A stretch of DNA of 64,000 nucleotides from the NCBI GenBank assembly GCA_030295235.1, contig AP026126.1, positions 992,001 to 1,056,000 on the forward strand. The letters are read 5' to 3'. The stretch is from Fistulifera solaris (taxonomy: Eukaryota). Below the pieces are notes generated by a model, which was not told where the DNA came from, searched no databases, and was given only the letters and a program-made list of their open reading frames with translations. Every line of letters starts with the position of its first letter. Position 1 is the stretch's first letter. A program made the position numbers and the translations under genes. Below are positions 24,688 through 35,866 of the stretch, in pieces.

Positions 24688-25056
24688 GATGATGATGATG
24701 ATGAGAGAGTAGTACGTTGTGAGCACGCAAAGGTTTCGAATATAAAACACAACGGTCGATGAAAAAGGAAAACGATGAGACGCGATTTTCTGGGACGGCG
24801 GAGAAAAAAAACGCGGCGCATCTGTTTTTGTACGGCTCCGAGAAGATGAGGTCGATCCGTCGTCCGATGTTTGGGTACTTTTTGACTTATATGGAACAGA
24901 ATGTGTGCGGTGGGATGAGGCATGATAGGCGGACGCCGAACAGAACGACAAAAGACGGCCACCATGAACCATGTTGAAACTGCAACAAACGCAACAATAA
25001 CAACACCAATACGAATTTCTTTTTGTGTTTCCCATTAAACAATCAATATATAAAAG

Positions 25057-26136
25057 ATGGCTGCCGTAATTGAAGCATCGGAACGTATATCTCAAGTTCA
25101 CATAGAGGGACTGGTAAGGTGTAACTAGCACATGTATTTTGATATTATCGTTCCTTCGCCGTAGTTCTTACGCATCACACCCTTTCTTTTTTTTAAATAG
25201 GCCCTCATGAAGATTGTGAAGCATTGTCATGAATCGCTTCCTCACATGGTCAGCGGTTCATTACTCGGCCTGGAAGTGAGCGGCGGGATTTTGGAGGTGA
25301 CGCATGCTTTCCCCTTTCCCGACAGTCGAGCAGCCGCAGGTTCTGCTGCGGCCGTTTCCGATACGATGGAAGGCGACCAAGACGGTCACGAGTATCAGAT
25401 TGAAATGATGCGGATGCTACGAGAAGTTAATGTGGACAACAATTGCGTAGGATGGTATCAAAGCATGTATCTTGGCATTTACTCGACGTCCTCTTTGCTA
25501 GAGAATCAACTTTCCTACCAGATGGATCTGAGTCCCAACGCCGTGGTGATTCTTTATGATCCTATGCAAACAACACACGGAAAACTTGCGCTCAAATGCT
25601 ATCGTTTGACAGAAGAGTGTATCCGACTAAAGGAAAACGAAGAAAATGCGTTCATTGATCCCCGAAAGATTTTTGAAGAAGTCCCGGTCAAGCTCACCAA
25701 CCCCGGACTCGTCAAGGCACTTCTCATGGATGTCGCCGACGGCGTTCACGATGACTCGAGCAATCTTCAGCTGTTTGAAAAGGAACATAACACGAATCGT
25801 CTTGGTTCGTCTACCATAAAGACTACCTTTGATCGCTTAGACTTGGGCACGAATCCGTACTTGGAAAAGCATCTCGAATTTCTTTGCGGATGGGTGGATG
25901 ATTTGGCTGTGGAACAACAAAAGATGCAATTTTACGCACGGCAACTACATCGCGACAAGCACAGACAGAAAGATTCGACTGCGGGCGACGCCTGGGCCAG
26001 TAGTGACGCCCCACGACGAATGGAAAGTCTTCTCATCACGAATCAGATCCGAAGTTATTGCGAACAGATGAATCAATTTACAAGTGAAGGAATCGAAAAA
26101 GTATACCTCATGAGTGGTATGCAAAAGAAGGATTAA
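25057..26136 (+). CDS. EIF3H: Translation initiation factor eIF3 subunit H (MPN domain), 2 exons
   Basis: Exon 1 [19 protein letters not shown], intron 25114..25200, then [48 protein letters not shown]. Confidence 0.92.
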
Positions 26137-26744
26137 GTAGTAGTTGTTAAGCCCAGCTCGGAATATAGATTCTTCATCTTTTCTTCCATTCGATCTAGCG
26201 ACTTGCCGTGAGCCTCTTCCATAGCAATCGCCAAGGCGGTGCACAAATCTACAACTCCCGTACTGTCGTGATAATTCTCGTCGATAAAAACATTGATAGG
26301 GCGTTGTTGACAATCCATAGTGACTTTTACCTTGCCGTCGGCGGCTGTACCTTCTACCGTCGTAGAAGCTAGCTCCTGTGTCAGTCGAGCCGTCATTTTA
26401 CCAACTCGTTGTACACGCTTGAAGTTTTCCATGGAATCCACGACACCAGCGACACCAACCATCCCACTGCTTGCGCTTGAACTCAGTTTCGATCCATCTC
26501 CGAGCATGGCTGAACCGCTGACATCCTCGTCATTCTCTCCGTTATTTTCGTTCTTTGAGAACCAGTTGAAACTGATGAAGAGCGTAGATGGAAGGCGAAG
26601 TGTAGCGGAGTTCTTGCCTATGCGTTGCACTTCCACAAAGGCTGACTGCACAAGTTGAATCGAGAGAAGAAGTAGCAGAAGAAAAGAATACTGACAATAT
26701 CGTGATGATGTCGGCTCTTTCGGTTGACTTCGAAAATTAGTCAT
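26133..26744 (-). CDS. Plastid-targeted YbaB/EbfC (STIC2-like) family protein
   Basis: Signal peptide ending QSA-F, then MENFKRVQ..QELASTTVEGTAADGKVKVTMDCQQRPINVFID..LAIAMEEAH. Confidence 0.8.
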   Translation of the reverse strand: MTNFRSQPKEPTSSRYCQYSFLLLLLLSIQLVQSAFVEVQRIGKNSATLRLPSTLFISFNWFSKNENNGENDEDVSGSAMLGDGSKLSSSASSGMVGVAGVVDSMENFKRVQRVGKMTARLTQELASTTVEGTAADGKVKVTMDCQQRPINVFIDENYHDSTGVVDLCTALAIAMEEAHGKSLDRMEEKMKNLYSELGLTTTT

Positions 26745-27303
26745 GACGTCGTTTGACCCTTGGGCTGAGATTTCCTTGATTGAATACAAGCGATTTCCTA
26801 AGAAGGTATTTTTACCAGGTTTGTTCTGTATTTGTGGATCTTAAATGAATCACTTCTCTTTAGGGAGAATGATGAAAATGAAGGTGATTATGCGGGGTGA
26901 TCGATCGTCGTTCGTCGCTCGAGAGATGCGGGTTTTCATGCGATAAGAAGAACAATCATCTACTGTAGTACGTAATGGTTTCCGGTACCGGTACCGTACC
27001 AGTACTCAACTCTGTAACGATGTACGATGTCTCACTATTGACGACGGACAGACGCTTTAGTTTCAACGCCATCAAGTTATCCTGCCGCTGATTTTACGCG
27101 CATACTATGGGAAACTATTTAATTTTAAAAAATAATTAAGAACAAAAAATAGCTGGATTCTAAAACATTAAAAGGCTTTTTTTGAGAAAATGTTGAAGCT
27201 TCAGCCTGAAATTCAAACACTTGACGACAGAACGAAGCCAACAAGGTATACACGCTCACAAATAAATTTTGACCTTGAATGGAGTTAATTAAAAGGAAGC
27301 GAT

Positions 27304-27385
27304 CGACTGCGACAGGATTCGAACCTGCGAGGGACTAGCCCATTAGTTTTCAAGACTAACCTTTTAGCCACTCAAGCACGCAGTC
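27304..27385 (-). tRNA. tRNA-Ser(UGA)
   Basis: Acceptor stem GACTGCG/CGCAGTC, anticodon arm TTAGT-CTTGAAA-ACTAA, long variable arm, T-arm GCAGG-TTCGAAT-CCTGT, discriminator G and a downstream T4. Confidence 0.95.
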
Positions 27386-27511
27386 TGGCCGCTGACAGTA
27401 TCCTTTAAGTAGGTGTTGCTAATGTATATAAAGCCTAAGTTATATCTCGATTCCCACCAAATTTCAGTAACAACCCTCTTTCCTCCACACCACAAATAAA
27501 TTACATCTCAA

Positions 27512-28346
27512 TGTGTCCGATGAAGATTGCAGCGATACGCGGTACAAAGTTGCAGTGGCGGCCTTAATTGCTGGGGCGTATGATGGAGTGCGACCATCGA
27601 CTGACCATGTTGACCATCATCTGGGCGACCGATTCAACAGGAGAAAATGTTGAAAGCCGCATTCCAGGGTAAGTAAACCAAGTTTGTGATGCCGTAAAGA
27701 GAACTTTTCTAACAAGTCCATTCTTTTTTGTTTCAAGGTACGATTCGAGCCTTCGAGATTAGACGGAAACACTGGAAATTACGTACAAAAATCTCTCAGA
27801 AAAGGAAGAATGGTTGCCGCATCCATTTCTCCCCATCATGATCAACAAGCGCGGTGATCACTGTTTCTGCATACCGACTGGGTCCTTCCTCCCTGTCACT
27901 ATTACGTACAAGCTATGGAACGGGAAAACGAAAGTCGCCCTTGTCAAAGTGATGATCAATGTTTGCGGGAAAAGTATGTTTTTAACCGACTCGTGCTGGA
28001 GTGCAAGCTGCAAGAACTGTTGACTGACCAAGACATAGTCGATCACGAAGACCGTAACCGAAAGAACAACCACATGAATAATTTGCACGCAGTTTCATCT
28101 TTGGAGAGTGCTAACAACAAGACTACCACGACCAAGTATCGCGAAGATGGAACAACGCGCGGCGTGTATTTCAAAAGAGGGGAATTCTACATGGCTATAT
28201 ATTCGGACTACGACGTCTTCACAACGAAGTTACGCGCACGAATGCGCCGTCGCTACTTTTGCTTTTATCAATACGTTGACCCGCAGCATAATTTTCCTGT
28301 GATAGAAGATAAAAAACTTGACATCGCGTTAACGGTGCCCGTGTAA
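27512..28346 (+). pseudogene. NUMOD4-like / HNH homing-endonuclease-like gene remnant with possible degenerate AP2-like tail
   Basis: EEWLPHP..G..L segment, then (with one T added at 27979-83) MFFNRLVL..IVDHEDRNRKNNHMNNLHAVSSLESANN..TRGVYF. In-frame TAG at 27760; GTAAGT...AAG intron at 27669..27737. Confidence 0.6.
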
Positions 28347-28491
28347 CTTTTGATAAAACTCAACAAATAGAATCAGGAACTCGTAGTAATTGTACTGGAA
28401 ACATCGTTTTATAGTTTAAACATTCATAGAATACTGAACAAACAGAGTTCTGAAAAGAACTGGGTCGGAAAATGGTGGCGGTCAAGTCAAT

Positions 28492-29830
28492 TTACTGACG
28501 ATCGCCGGGTTGTCCATAAACGCGGACTCGAGAGAGTCCGCCATCCGGGTAGATGGATACTCGAATGTGAGAAACAAAGCGTTCATTATTCACAATCTGG
28601 TGTGAATCGAAGACGTGCTCTGAATCGGGTGCCATACGGCATCGCGGAATCAGAGGAAACCAATTGATTTCACACTCCTGAAACTCAGTAGTCTCGGCAA
28701 AACAGCCTTCTACTTTAACAGACTCGGGGTAGTTGCCCCGAAAATGTTTCGTATCGAGGATGATGCGCTTGATACCGCCTTCAGCAATACTGCCGAGCTT
28801 GATGACGCACCAATCCGACAGAGGTGAATCGACAAGGCTTGTGTTCGGGTCCTTCACGAGAATAGATGGTCGATTAGGATGACGAGCAGTTTCCCAGCCA
28901 TCGCCCATGTCCTTACCTAAGCTGTATTGGATGAGATTCCAAGGATCACCGTAGTGCTTGTTGGAACAGGTGAGGCCCATTCCTCCATTCACTTCCGATG
29001 AGAGCTCGGGATACTCGAACGGCTGTCGTGACGGAATGATTGCCTCTTTGTGGGATACCACCGTGCATCGAGTACCCGTCTTGATCGGAACGTAAGCCGG
29101 ACGGCCACGAGGCTTGGGTGTCTCCAACGGGATACCCCAGAATCGCATTCTGGCGATCCCTCCATCTGGATAGTAATTGATTCGAACGTGTGAGGCTTCC
29201 ACTGGAACGCTTAGAGTAAAGTAATGCAACCGCGTTTCATCGTAACCTGGAAGAAGGTTCGTCTTGGGAAGAATTTCTGCCCATGTGACTATGCCACAAG
29301 CCTCTTCCGCTTGTTGCACTTCCGCGGGGACGCTCCCGTTCCCTGGACGCAACCATGAAGGAGGCGCTCCAAGGCACCGGGAAATCTAGTTACCATGGCA
29401 ACCTCATCCGTATGAGTGAGATCGGCCACTTGCAAACTGATAGCGGGTACATGATTCCCTGTGAAGAAAGCAGTGTCAACTTCAATCCCATAGATTTTCG
29501 TTCGTTGAGCAAGTCTTACAATTGACCAATCATGACCTTCCTCTCGGCGTCGTCGAGTCTCCCAACCGTCCATGACCTTGCCTTGCTCGCAGTATTCATC
29601 AGGATCAAAGACCGGAGGACTGTCTTTCAAGAGATTATCAGCCGTGGCAAACCATTCGTCCGTTGCGAAAGAATACGAGCTCCAATTCCGGAGCTACCGG
29701 CGTTCACGTAACCCTGCTGTTCGAAGGAAGAGACTTGATTTTCTTCTTTGACTCCGGATACATCCACAAAGTTGTCCAGGTCATTCACGCCGGTGATACT
29801 TGGGGAATGAGAGAGGAGAGTGGCGGTCAT
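28492..29830 (-). CDS. ALLC: Allantoicase (frameshifts near 29669 and 29328)
   Basis: (F)ATDEWFATADNL, MDGWETRRRR..HDW, VDTAFFTGN, YPDGGIARMR, MGDGWETAR, DTKHFRGNYP and YPDGGLSRVRVYG. Confidence 0.93.
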
Positions 29831-31079
29831 CAACAGATGAGAAGAGAAAAAGTGTGTTGTATTATTGCTTGAATTGAAAGAGAAGAAGCTGCGTAGACTT
29901 GCGTTTTATGAGTGCGTTTGGAGCTGAGGAAATTTCAACGATCGCATTCGCCCTGGTGCGGGTGTGAAGAATTAGTGCGAAGGAGAACTCAGAACATGGT
30001 CGCGAACAAAGAATTCTTTCAGGTTCAATCGGCATGCTGGCTCGCAGGACCGCGGAGTCGCACGATTACATCGATTTGATTGGTCCACACGAGAAACTCA
30101 ACGAATTCACTTGTCCGTGTCTTACATCTTAATCTATAGTGACGGACATACGAATGAAAAGACCGTTTTCAATCCTCCCGAAGGCAACAAAACTCCCGAT
30201 TCCCAACAAAAGACCGAAGCAAAACGCTTACGTTTGGACGGAGTTTGGCATTCAAAAACCTTTTGAAAATGAGCGGTGGTGAGCGAACGAAGGCATCCGG
30301 TACTCATACTTAACAGAAAATACGTGGCAAAACGTGGCGTTCTTGTAAGAAACGGCGCGAAGTAGATGACGTAGGTTGGGGTCATGGTGGTCATCGTCGC
30401 TCGCCAGTCCAGAAAACTAAAGTCATGCTAAAAAACTCATTGACCCACACGAAACGAAGGTAAGTCAGCCTTCCTTTAACATAAGCAAGACAATAATGAT
30501 TTTCCAAAACTATCCCTCGAGTTTCGGAGATCTAATTCTTTAGAGGGCCATCGTTCGCACTAGACACTCAATCACGAGAGCTACGGAAGCGGGCGGTTTG
30601 AAAGGATTATCGTCGTAAACGATCAAGTAGAGGAATATCAGTGCTGTAGTCCTTTACACCGATGTTAATTGCTTCGAGAAAACGATATCTGTACAAAGTA
30701 CTGTGAGACTTCGCGGTAAGCATATCATCGTCCGAGCTTCATGACTAAAAATCCAGTCGTTGGTTGTCTAGGGCCTGCACGTTGAAAATGAAAATTTCTT
30801 CAAGTATTTTCACGTAATGACTTGAGATTATACACGGATAATATCTATTATACACAAAACTCATTTTCTATATCGGAACCCAAATTTCACAATCGAAAGT
30901 TTATCGTTTTGGCGTGAGGGTATGCGTTTGGGAGGTTGTGTTTGGATGATTCATTTGCACAAACTGCCCTCCGTAAAGATGTCAATGCATCACTTCAATC
31001 AAAACTATGAAAAAGACAAAATGATCGACTAATCAACTGCCCAAAAATCAGGTTAGTGGAATTATTTAATTCGCTGAAA

Positions 31080-32138
31080 CTAACGTCCGAGGACCGGTGC
31101 CCCCTTGAACCATCGCCGGATGGTATACACTTGATATCCAGTAACTAGCATGAAAAGAATCGTTTCCATCAAAGAGTTGAGAGCCATACGGGAATGCGAA
31201 TGTTCGTTCGTCGCAGCATGGACAGCCAGTCGGAGACGCTCTTGACTCTGCTTGGTCTGAATGTCATTTAGCAGTTTGCGCAGTTCTTTGAGTTGCGTAC
31301 GAGTTGCCTGAAAGTCCTTGTCCTTAATACCTTCTATCGCGGCAGTGTCTTGGTCCATGGCCTTTTCCTCTTCTTCCATTATTCGTTGTTGGTTGGTCAT
31401 GACGTGCCCGTCCTCATCCAATCCACCAAACTCGCTTTCTTTGCGCAAGTCAATTTCGGCAGTGATCTGATTAAACGACGCTTTTACGCAGAAACGGTAC
31501 CATCCAGCGAGAGGCGCTTGAATGGTACGAAGGTACGGCTCTGCTTCGGTTTGCACCTTTTTCTTTTGCTTTCGAGCGTGCATCTCTTTTTGATGCCGCG
31601 CTTCCAAAATCTTTCTCCGTTCTTCCGCACGACGCGTCTTTCGTTCTTCTGCCGTCTCACCCGGAACAGACTCCAGCACAGGGTCTTCAAATTCCGGTTC
31701 TCCTAAATTCAAATGCTCAAAATCCACTTCACCGGAAACATCTAAACTCCCTTTGGGCCGCCTTCCTTGATCAAACGCATCAATGCCATCTTGCAAAGCC
31801 ATCCCCGAAACGACGGCAGCATCCGCTACAGGACCACTGATTTCTACAGTAGCCCGCAATGACTTTCCGGACAGCACAAAAAGCGAAAAGGTGGCCGCCT
31901 CGCTAAAACGATTGCGCAGGGATAGACACGGCGAAACCAGATGAGTGCGATGTAACAAGCCATGAATATTTTGTGACACGCATACGAGAGTAAAACGAAA
32001 CAAAAAAGTGATCCATTACCTTTCATCCAGATTCTCATACAAACACTCGGAGGATCGTTGATTGATAAGAAATTGAAGAGGAAGAGCATGACAAATTGAA
32101 AGCAACAGAGCGAATCTTGACGCTGTAAATGAAACCAT
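31080..32138 (-). CDS. p24/emp24/GOLD family cargo receptor, 2 exons
   Basis: Signal-peptide exon MVSFTASRFALLLSICHALPLQF..ECLYE and intron 32019..31903. GWYRFC, coiled coil, NEHSHSRM, TM helix and QVYTIRRWF follow. Confidence 0.85.
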
Positions 32139-32649
32139 TTTTATTATTTTTTGCGTCGCAGGTAGAAAGGAAAGGATGATTCAGCTTTATTGTAGTTGTT
32201 AATGCAATGTGTTTCAATTCATCCACTTGCGTGCTTTCCTTTGATTGTTTGACAAAGTGCAACCGATGTCCATGGTCATTGTGTCGCGTTGTCGTCGCGC
32301 TGCGGTGATTTTTTTGCTGCGGGCGGGTCGTGGACACAAACAAGAAAACTGTCGTACCGGTGTTGATGCAATCAAAATCAATCGCGGATCTCGCGAGCAA
32401 ACGTGGAAAACAAGAAGAACTCCTCAGCATTTTTTTGATGCAACATTATCCAACAAACGAGGAATGAATCATCATCATGACCAGGTATCTCACGAACATT
32501 GACATTTAAACAGCGTGATTCAAGAATATGACGGGAGAAACGACGCAGATAGGCGACATGGCAGCGCTCCATCAGCATTCAAAGAAAGACGATACAGAAT
32601 CACTCGTGCAACGAGATGAATCTACCGCAGAATCTAGCAACCCGTCAAA

Positions 32650-33987
32650 ATGACCGTACATACCGACCGCTGGCGTGTCTTATTCTCCTTTGCTGTACTC
32701 TCCATGTCAAGTGCATGGATCTGGATCACGTGGTCACCGATTGTAAGACCAGCAGCCGCTTTTTGGAATGTTCCTTTGGGTCAGGTCGATGCATTGGCGG
32801 GCATCTATTTGTACGTCTATGTACCCTGTTCCTTTCTATCACTCTATCTTGTAGTCAACTGCCTCGGCCTTTATAACGGCTTGCTCGTCGGGGCTTTGTT
32901 CAATGTCATGGGTGCAATGATACGATGGGCATGTCTTCGATCGTATCAGATGGTCTATATCGGCACCTTGCTGTGTGCCGTAGCGCAGACTTTCACGCTT
33001 TCGACTCCACCACTAATTGCTGCTCGATGGTTTGGTAACTCGGAACGAGCTACCGCCACAGGCCTTGGAGTCTTGGCGAACCAACTCGGTACAGCCATAG
33101 GTCTGGGAGCTACCATTGTTGTTGAATTTGGAGCGACAAAAGACGAAACGTCTCCCTTCCTGTTAGACGCGTCCAAGCTACGTGCTTATTTGGGTCTACA
33201 AGCTGCCGTAGCGATGACGGCTCTCTTTCTGATTTCTGTATTTGGAAGTGAAGAACCACCAGCGACACACGACGACGGCCTAGAGACTCACCAAACGGAA
33301 CCTACTCAAACGGAACAATCATTATTGGTCTCGTCTCAATCATCGCAAGAGAAAAGCATTCGTCTCAACAATCGACCGAAGTATATTGAGTCCGTGGGGC
33401 GAGTGTTTACCAGTGTTAATAACATTGCATACGTGTTGTCGTTCGGCATGGCAGTCGGAGTATTTTATACCATCCCTGCGTTTATCAGCCAGATGACGCC
33501 ACTCTCCTGGTCCCCACGAAGCAATGGTTGGTTGGGTGTGTTTTACCAGGTCTTCGGAGCTTATGCCTCCTTTCAAACTGGTCGTATTGTGGATGTCAGT
33601 CAACAGCATCGCAGGGTTTGTCTGACACTGCTATCAGTAGCTAGCGTTTCGCTGGTCGCTCTTTTCGTTGCGCAAACATTGCTCGAAGCTGAAACATGGG
33701 AGAAAAATGCGGTTGTCTTTATTTTGATCTCATTAGTTGGGTCCTCGTTGGCTGCATGGAACTCGGTGGGGCTGGAACTCGGGACTGGTATATACCACCC
33801 CGCCAACGAGGCTGCGGTTGGGGGCGTGCTTGAGGCCGCAGCTGAGCTCTTTGGTTTCCTTTGGGTCTTATTGGGAGGCCAGCTGATTGAGACCCCGATA
33901 ATGTTTTTGGCTCTTCTAGCGGGTGTGATATCAGTCGCCGGTATGATCCTATTTCAACTAGATACAAGAATGAAGCGACCGTTATGA
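32650..33987 (+). CDS. MFS transporter, FLVCR/SLC49-like
   Basis: RWRVL..WITWSPI and AQTF..PPLIAARWFGNSERATATGLGVLANQLGTAIG; about 12 hydrophobic segments. Confidence 0.88.
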   Translation: MTVHTDRWRVLFSFAVLSMSSAWIWITWSPIVRPAAAFWNVPLGQVDALAGIYLYVYVPCSFLSLYLVVNCLGLYNGLLVGALFNVMGAMIRWACLRSYQMVYIGTLLCAVAQTFTLSTPPLIAARWFGNSERATATGLGVLANQLGTAIGLGATIVVEFGATKDETSPFLLDASKLRAYLGLQAAVAMTALFLISVFGSEEPPATHDDGLETHQTEPTQTEQSLLVSSQSSQEKSIRLNNRPKYIESVGRVFTSVNNIAYVLSFGMAVGVFYTIPAFISQMTPLSWSPRSNGWLGVFYQVFGAYASFQTGRIVDVSQQHRRVCLTLLSVASVSLVALFVAQTLLEAETWEKNAVVFILISLVGSSLAAWNSVGLELGTGIYHPANEAAVGGVLEAAAELFGFLWVLLGGQLIETPIMFLALLAGVISVAGMILFQLDTRMKRPL

Positions 33988-34146
33988 ACATTTTGTAAAT
34001 TGCATAAAGCGTTGTACCATCATTTTGATCAATAGATGAAGGGACCTTGCACCTTTGGCTTGTAAGGGTGATTCCGTAGGCTAGAGGCTCTTGGCGCGGT
34101 GTTTGATGTTCGACGACGAAAACGATGTTTGAAGGTCGACAATCAT

Positions 34147-34312
34147 CTATGATGAAAACAATGCTTGAAGTTCGTTGACTTTGAATGAAATCGATTTTGA
34201 ATTTAAACGACTATCTAAGGATGAAATCAATCTATAGTTGATCTACGGATGAAATCGATCTGTAAAATCTATAGATGAAACTCAATCTCTATGGATGAAA
34301 TAGTCGTTTGAA
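34147..34312. repeat. Short direct-repeat cluster (TCTANGGATGAAATCRAT-like), partly enclosed by inverted repeats
   Basis: ATGAAA cores near 34152, 34185, 34221, 34249, 34275 and 34295. AAACGACTAT at 34205-14 pairs with ATAGTCGTTT at 34300-09. Confidence 0.7.
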
Positions 34313-34702
34313 GTTAGGCATTTATTTATGGATTCAATGATTATCTTATTGACGGTGTTCATTTGCGCCATGTTGGTCGACTATTGTCTAGGAAAAGTAC
34401 GTCATCGGTGTTTACCTAGTTCACTCCCGGAACCTACGGGTCGGAATTACAGTGGAATAAATAGCACTTCCGCCAACCGGCGGTTTCGCACTATTATTAC
34501 GTTCCAAGTTTTCCAGGAAATCATGAATGTTTTTTTTGCCCAATAAGATAGCAATCTTCAAACAAAATCTTTCTCTTGACCATAGAAAGAAAAGACAAGA
34601 TTTCTGTTGTTTTGTCGACGGTTGAGGGGTAGCGGATCTTCCCCGCAAATTAGTCTGCCGAGCACTGCACCTAATGACTTTCTGTATTGACATCCACTTA
34701 CG

Positions 34703-35773
34703 ATGAAAAGGACATCTGACGAGAAATCCGCATCATTTCCTTATCGGAATTCTTCCCACTTGTTTGCAAGCCACACAACATATCATTGTGCGTCAAACGG
34801 TTGTGTTCCGTGCGCCTACAAAATTGGATGCTTTGATGTTGCATTGGATAAAGAATTCTGTAAAGCCGTACCCAATCAGCGACCCGAGCAGTGTCCCCGG
34901 TCTTCGCGCGAAAAGGGAGACTCGGGAACTCTGGGATATCAGCAGAAGGGGATGAACATTTTGACCGTTGGTGATGGTGATTTTTCATTTAGTTTAGCGC
35001 TGGCTCGCATCATGTCAGGGACTGGTTTAACAGCCACGTCGTATGAATCCAAAGAAACATTGATTCAGGTTTACCCTCAGATTGAAGTCACCATGGCCGA
35101 ACTGGAAAGTTTGGGTGCAACACTGCACTTTCAGGTGGATGCAACGCGCATACAAGAGACGCTAGATATTGCGAGACCGGGTCTTTTCGACAGGATTGTG
35201 TGGAATTTTCCCTGTCAAGCAGTTTCCAAAGGACGAGACGGGCAGAATGAAGAAATGGAAAACAACAAGAAGCTTGTTGCAAACTTTGTCTCTAATGCGA
35301 AAGGGCTATTGGTGAGAAAAGGTGGACAAATTCATATCAATCACAAAACCAAGGTATGGGGAATGTCAAGGTTAAAACGATTGTAATTTTCAAATCGTTG
35401 CTCATTTTTGTTTCATCAGCCTCCGTTCAACCAATGGAAGTTAGAGGATGTGGTTATGACATCGTCTACAGGCGATCCACTATTACATTATTACGGGCGA
35501 ATTTGTTTCGATCGTTGTTTGTTTCCTCCATATATACCCCGAAAGGCATTGGATAAGAAAAGCTTTCCTGTGCACGATGCTTGTACATTTATTTTCGGCT
35601 TAGACGGACAGAGCAATCCTTTATCTGAGTCGGTTCACGAATGGGAGGGATCACAAAACTCAAGCTTGTTAATCATGGTGAATAAAGAAAGCATCTTGCA
35701 CATTCGACAATCCATTCTAGCTAGAAAAGACGTTTCTAATCGCATTCACAAGCGACTTAAGTCAAGATATTAA
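34703..35773 (+). CDS. DUF2431 / Bmt5-like 25S rRNA uridine methyltransferase domain protein, 2 exons
   Basis: ILTVGDGDFSFSLALA, ATSYES, VDAT and FDRIVWNFP. Intron 35354..35419 gives KPPFNQW. Confidence 0.85.
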
Positions 35774-35866
35774 TGTCCTTTTAACAAGTATGCCTGCAGA
35801 TCTCGTTCGGTCTTAACTGGACTTCCATTTAGGTTGCGACAGAAAGAAAAACGTTGTTTTCCTAAA

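Noticed and set aside
24030..24965. 311-aa alternative-frame ORF and the many antisense ORFs over real genes
   Set aside because: Shadow ORFs of codon-biased genes with no recognisable motifs.
27304..27385. Selenocysteine or opal-suppressor tRNA explaining the in-frame TGAs
   Set aside because: The anticodon is UGA (reads UCA, Ser), not UCA, and the acceptor stem is a normal 7 bp.
29900..31050. Hidden gene or snRNA in the long intergenic gap
   Set aside because: No recognisable U1/U2/U5/U6 signature or convincing ORF; only an isolated GTAAGT near 30460.
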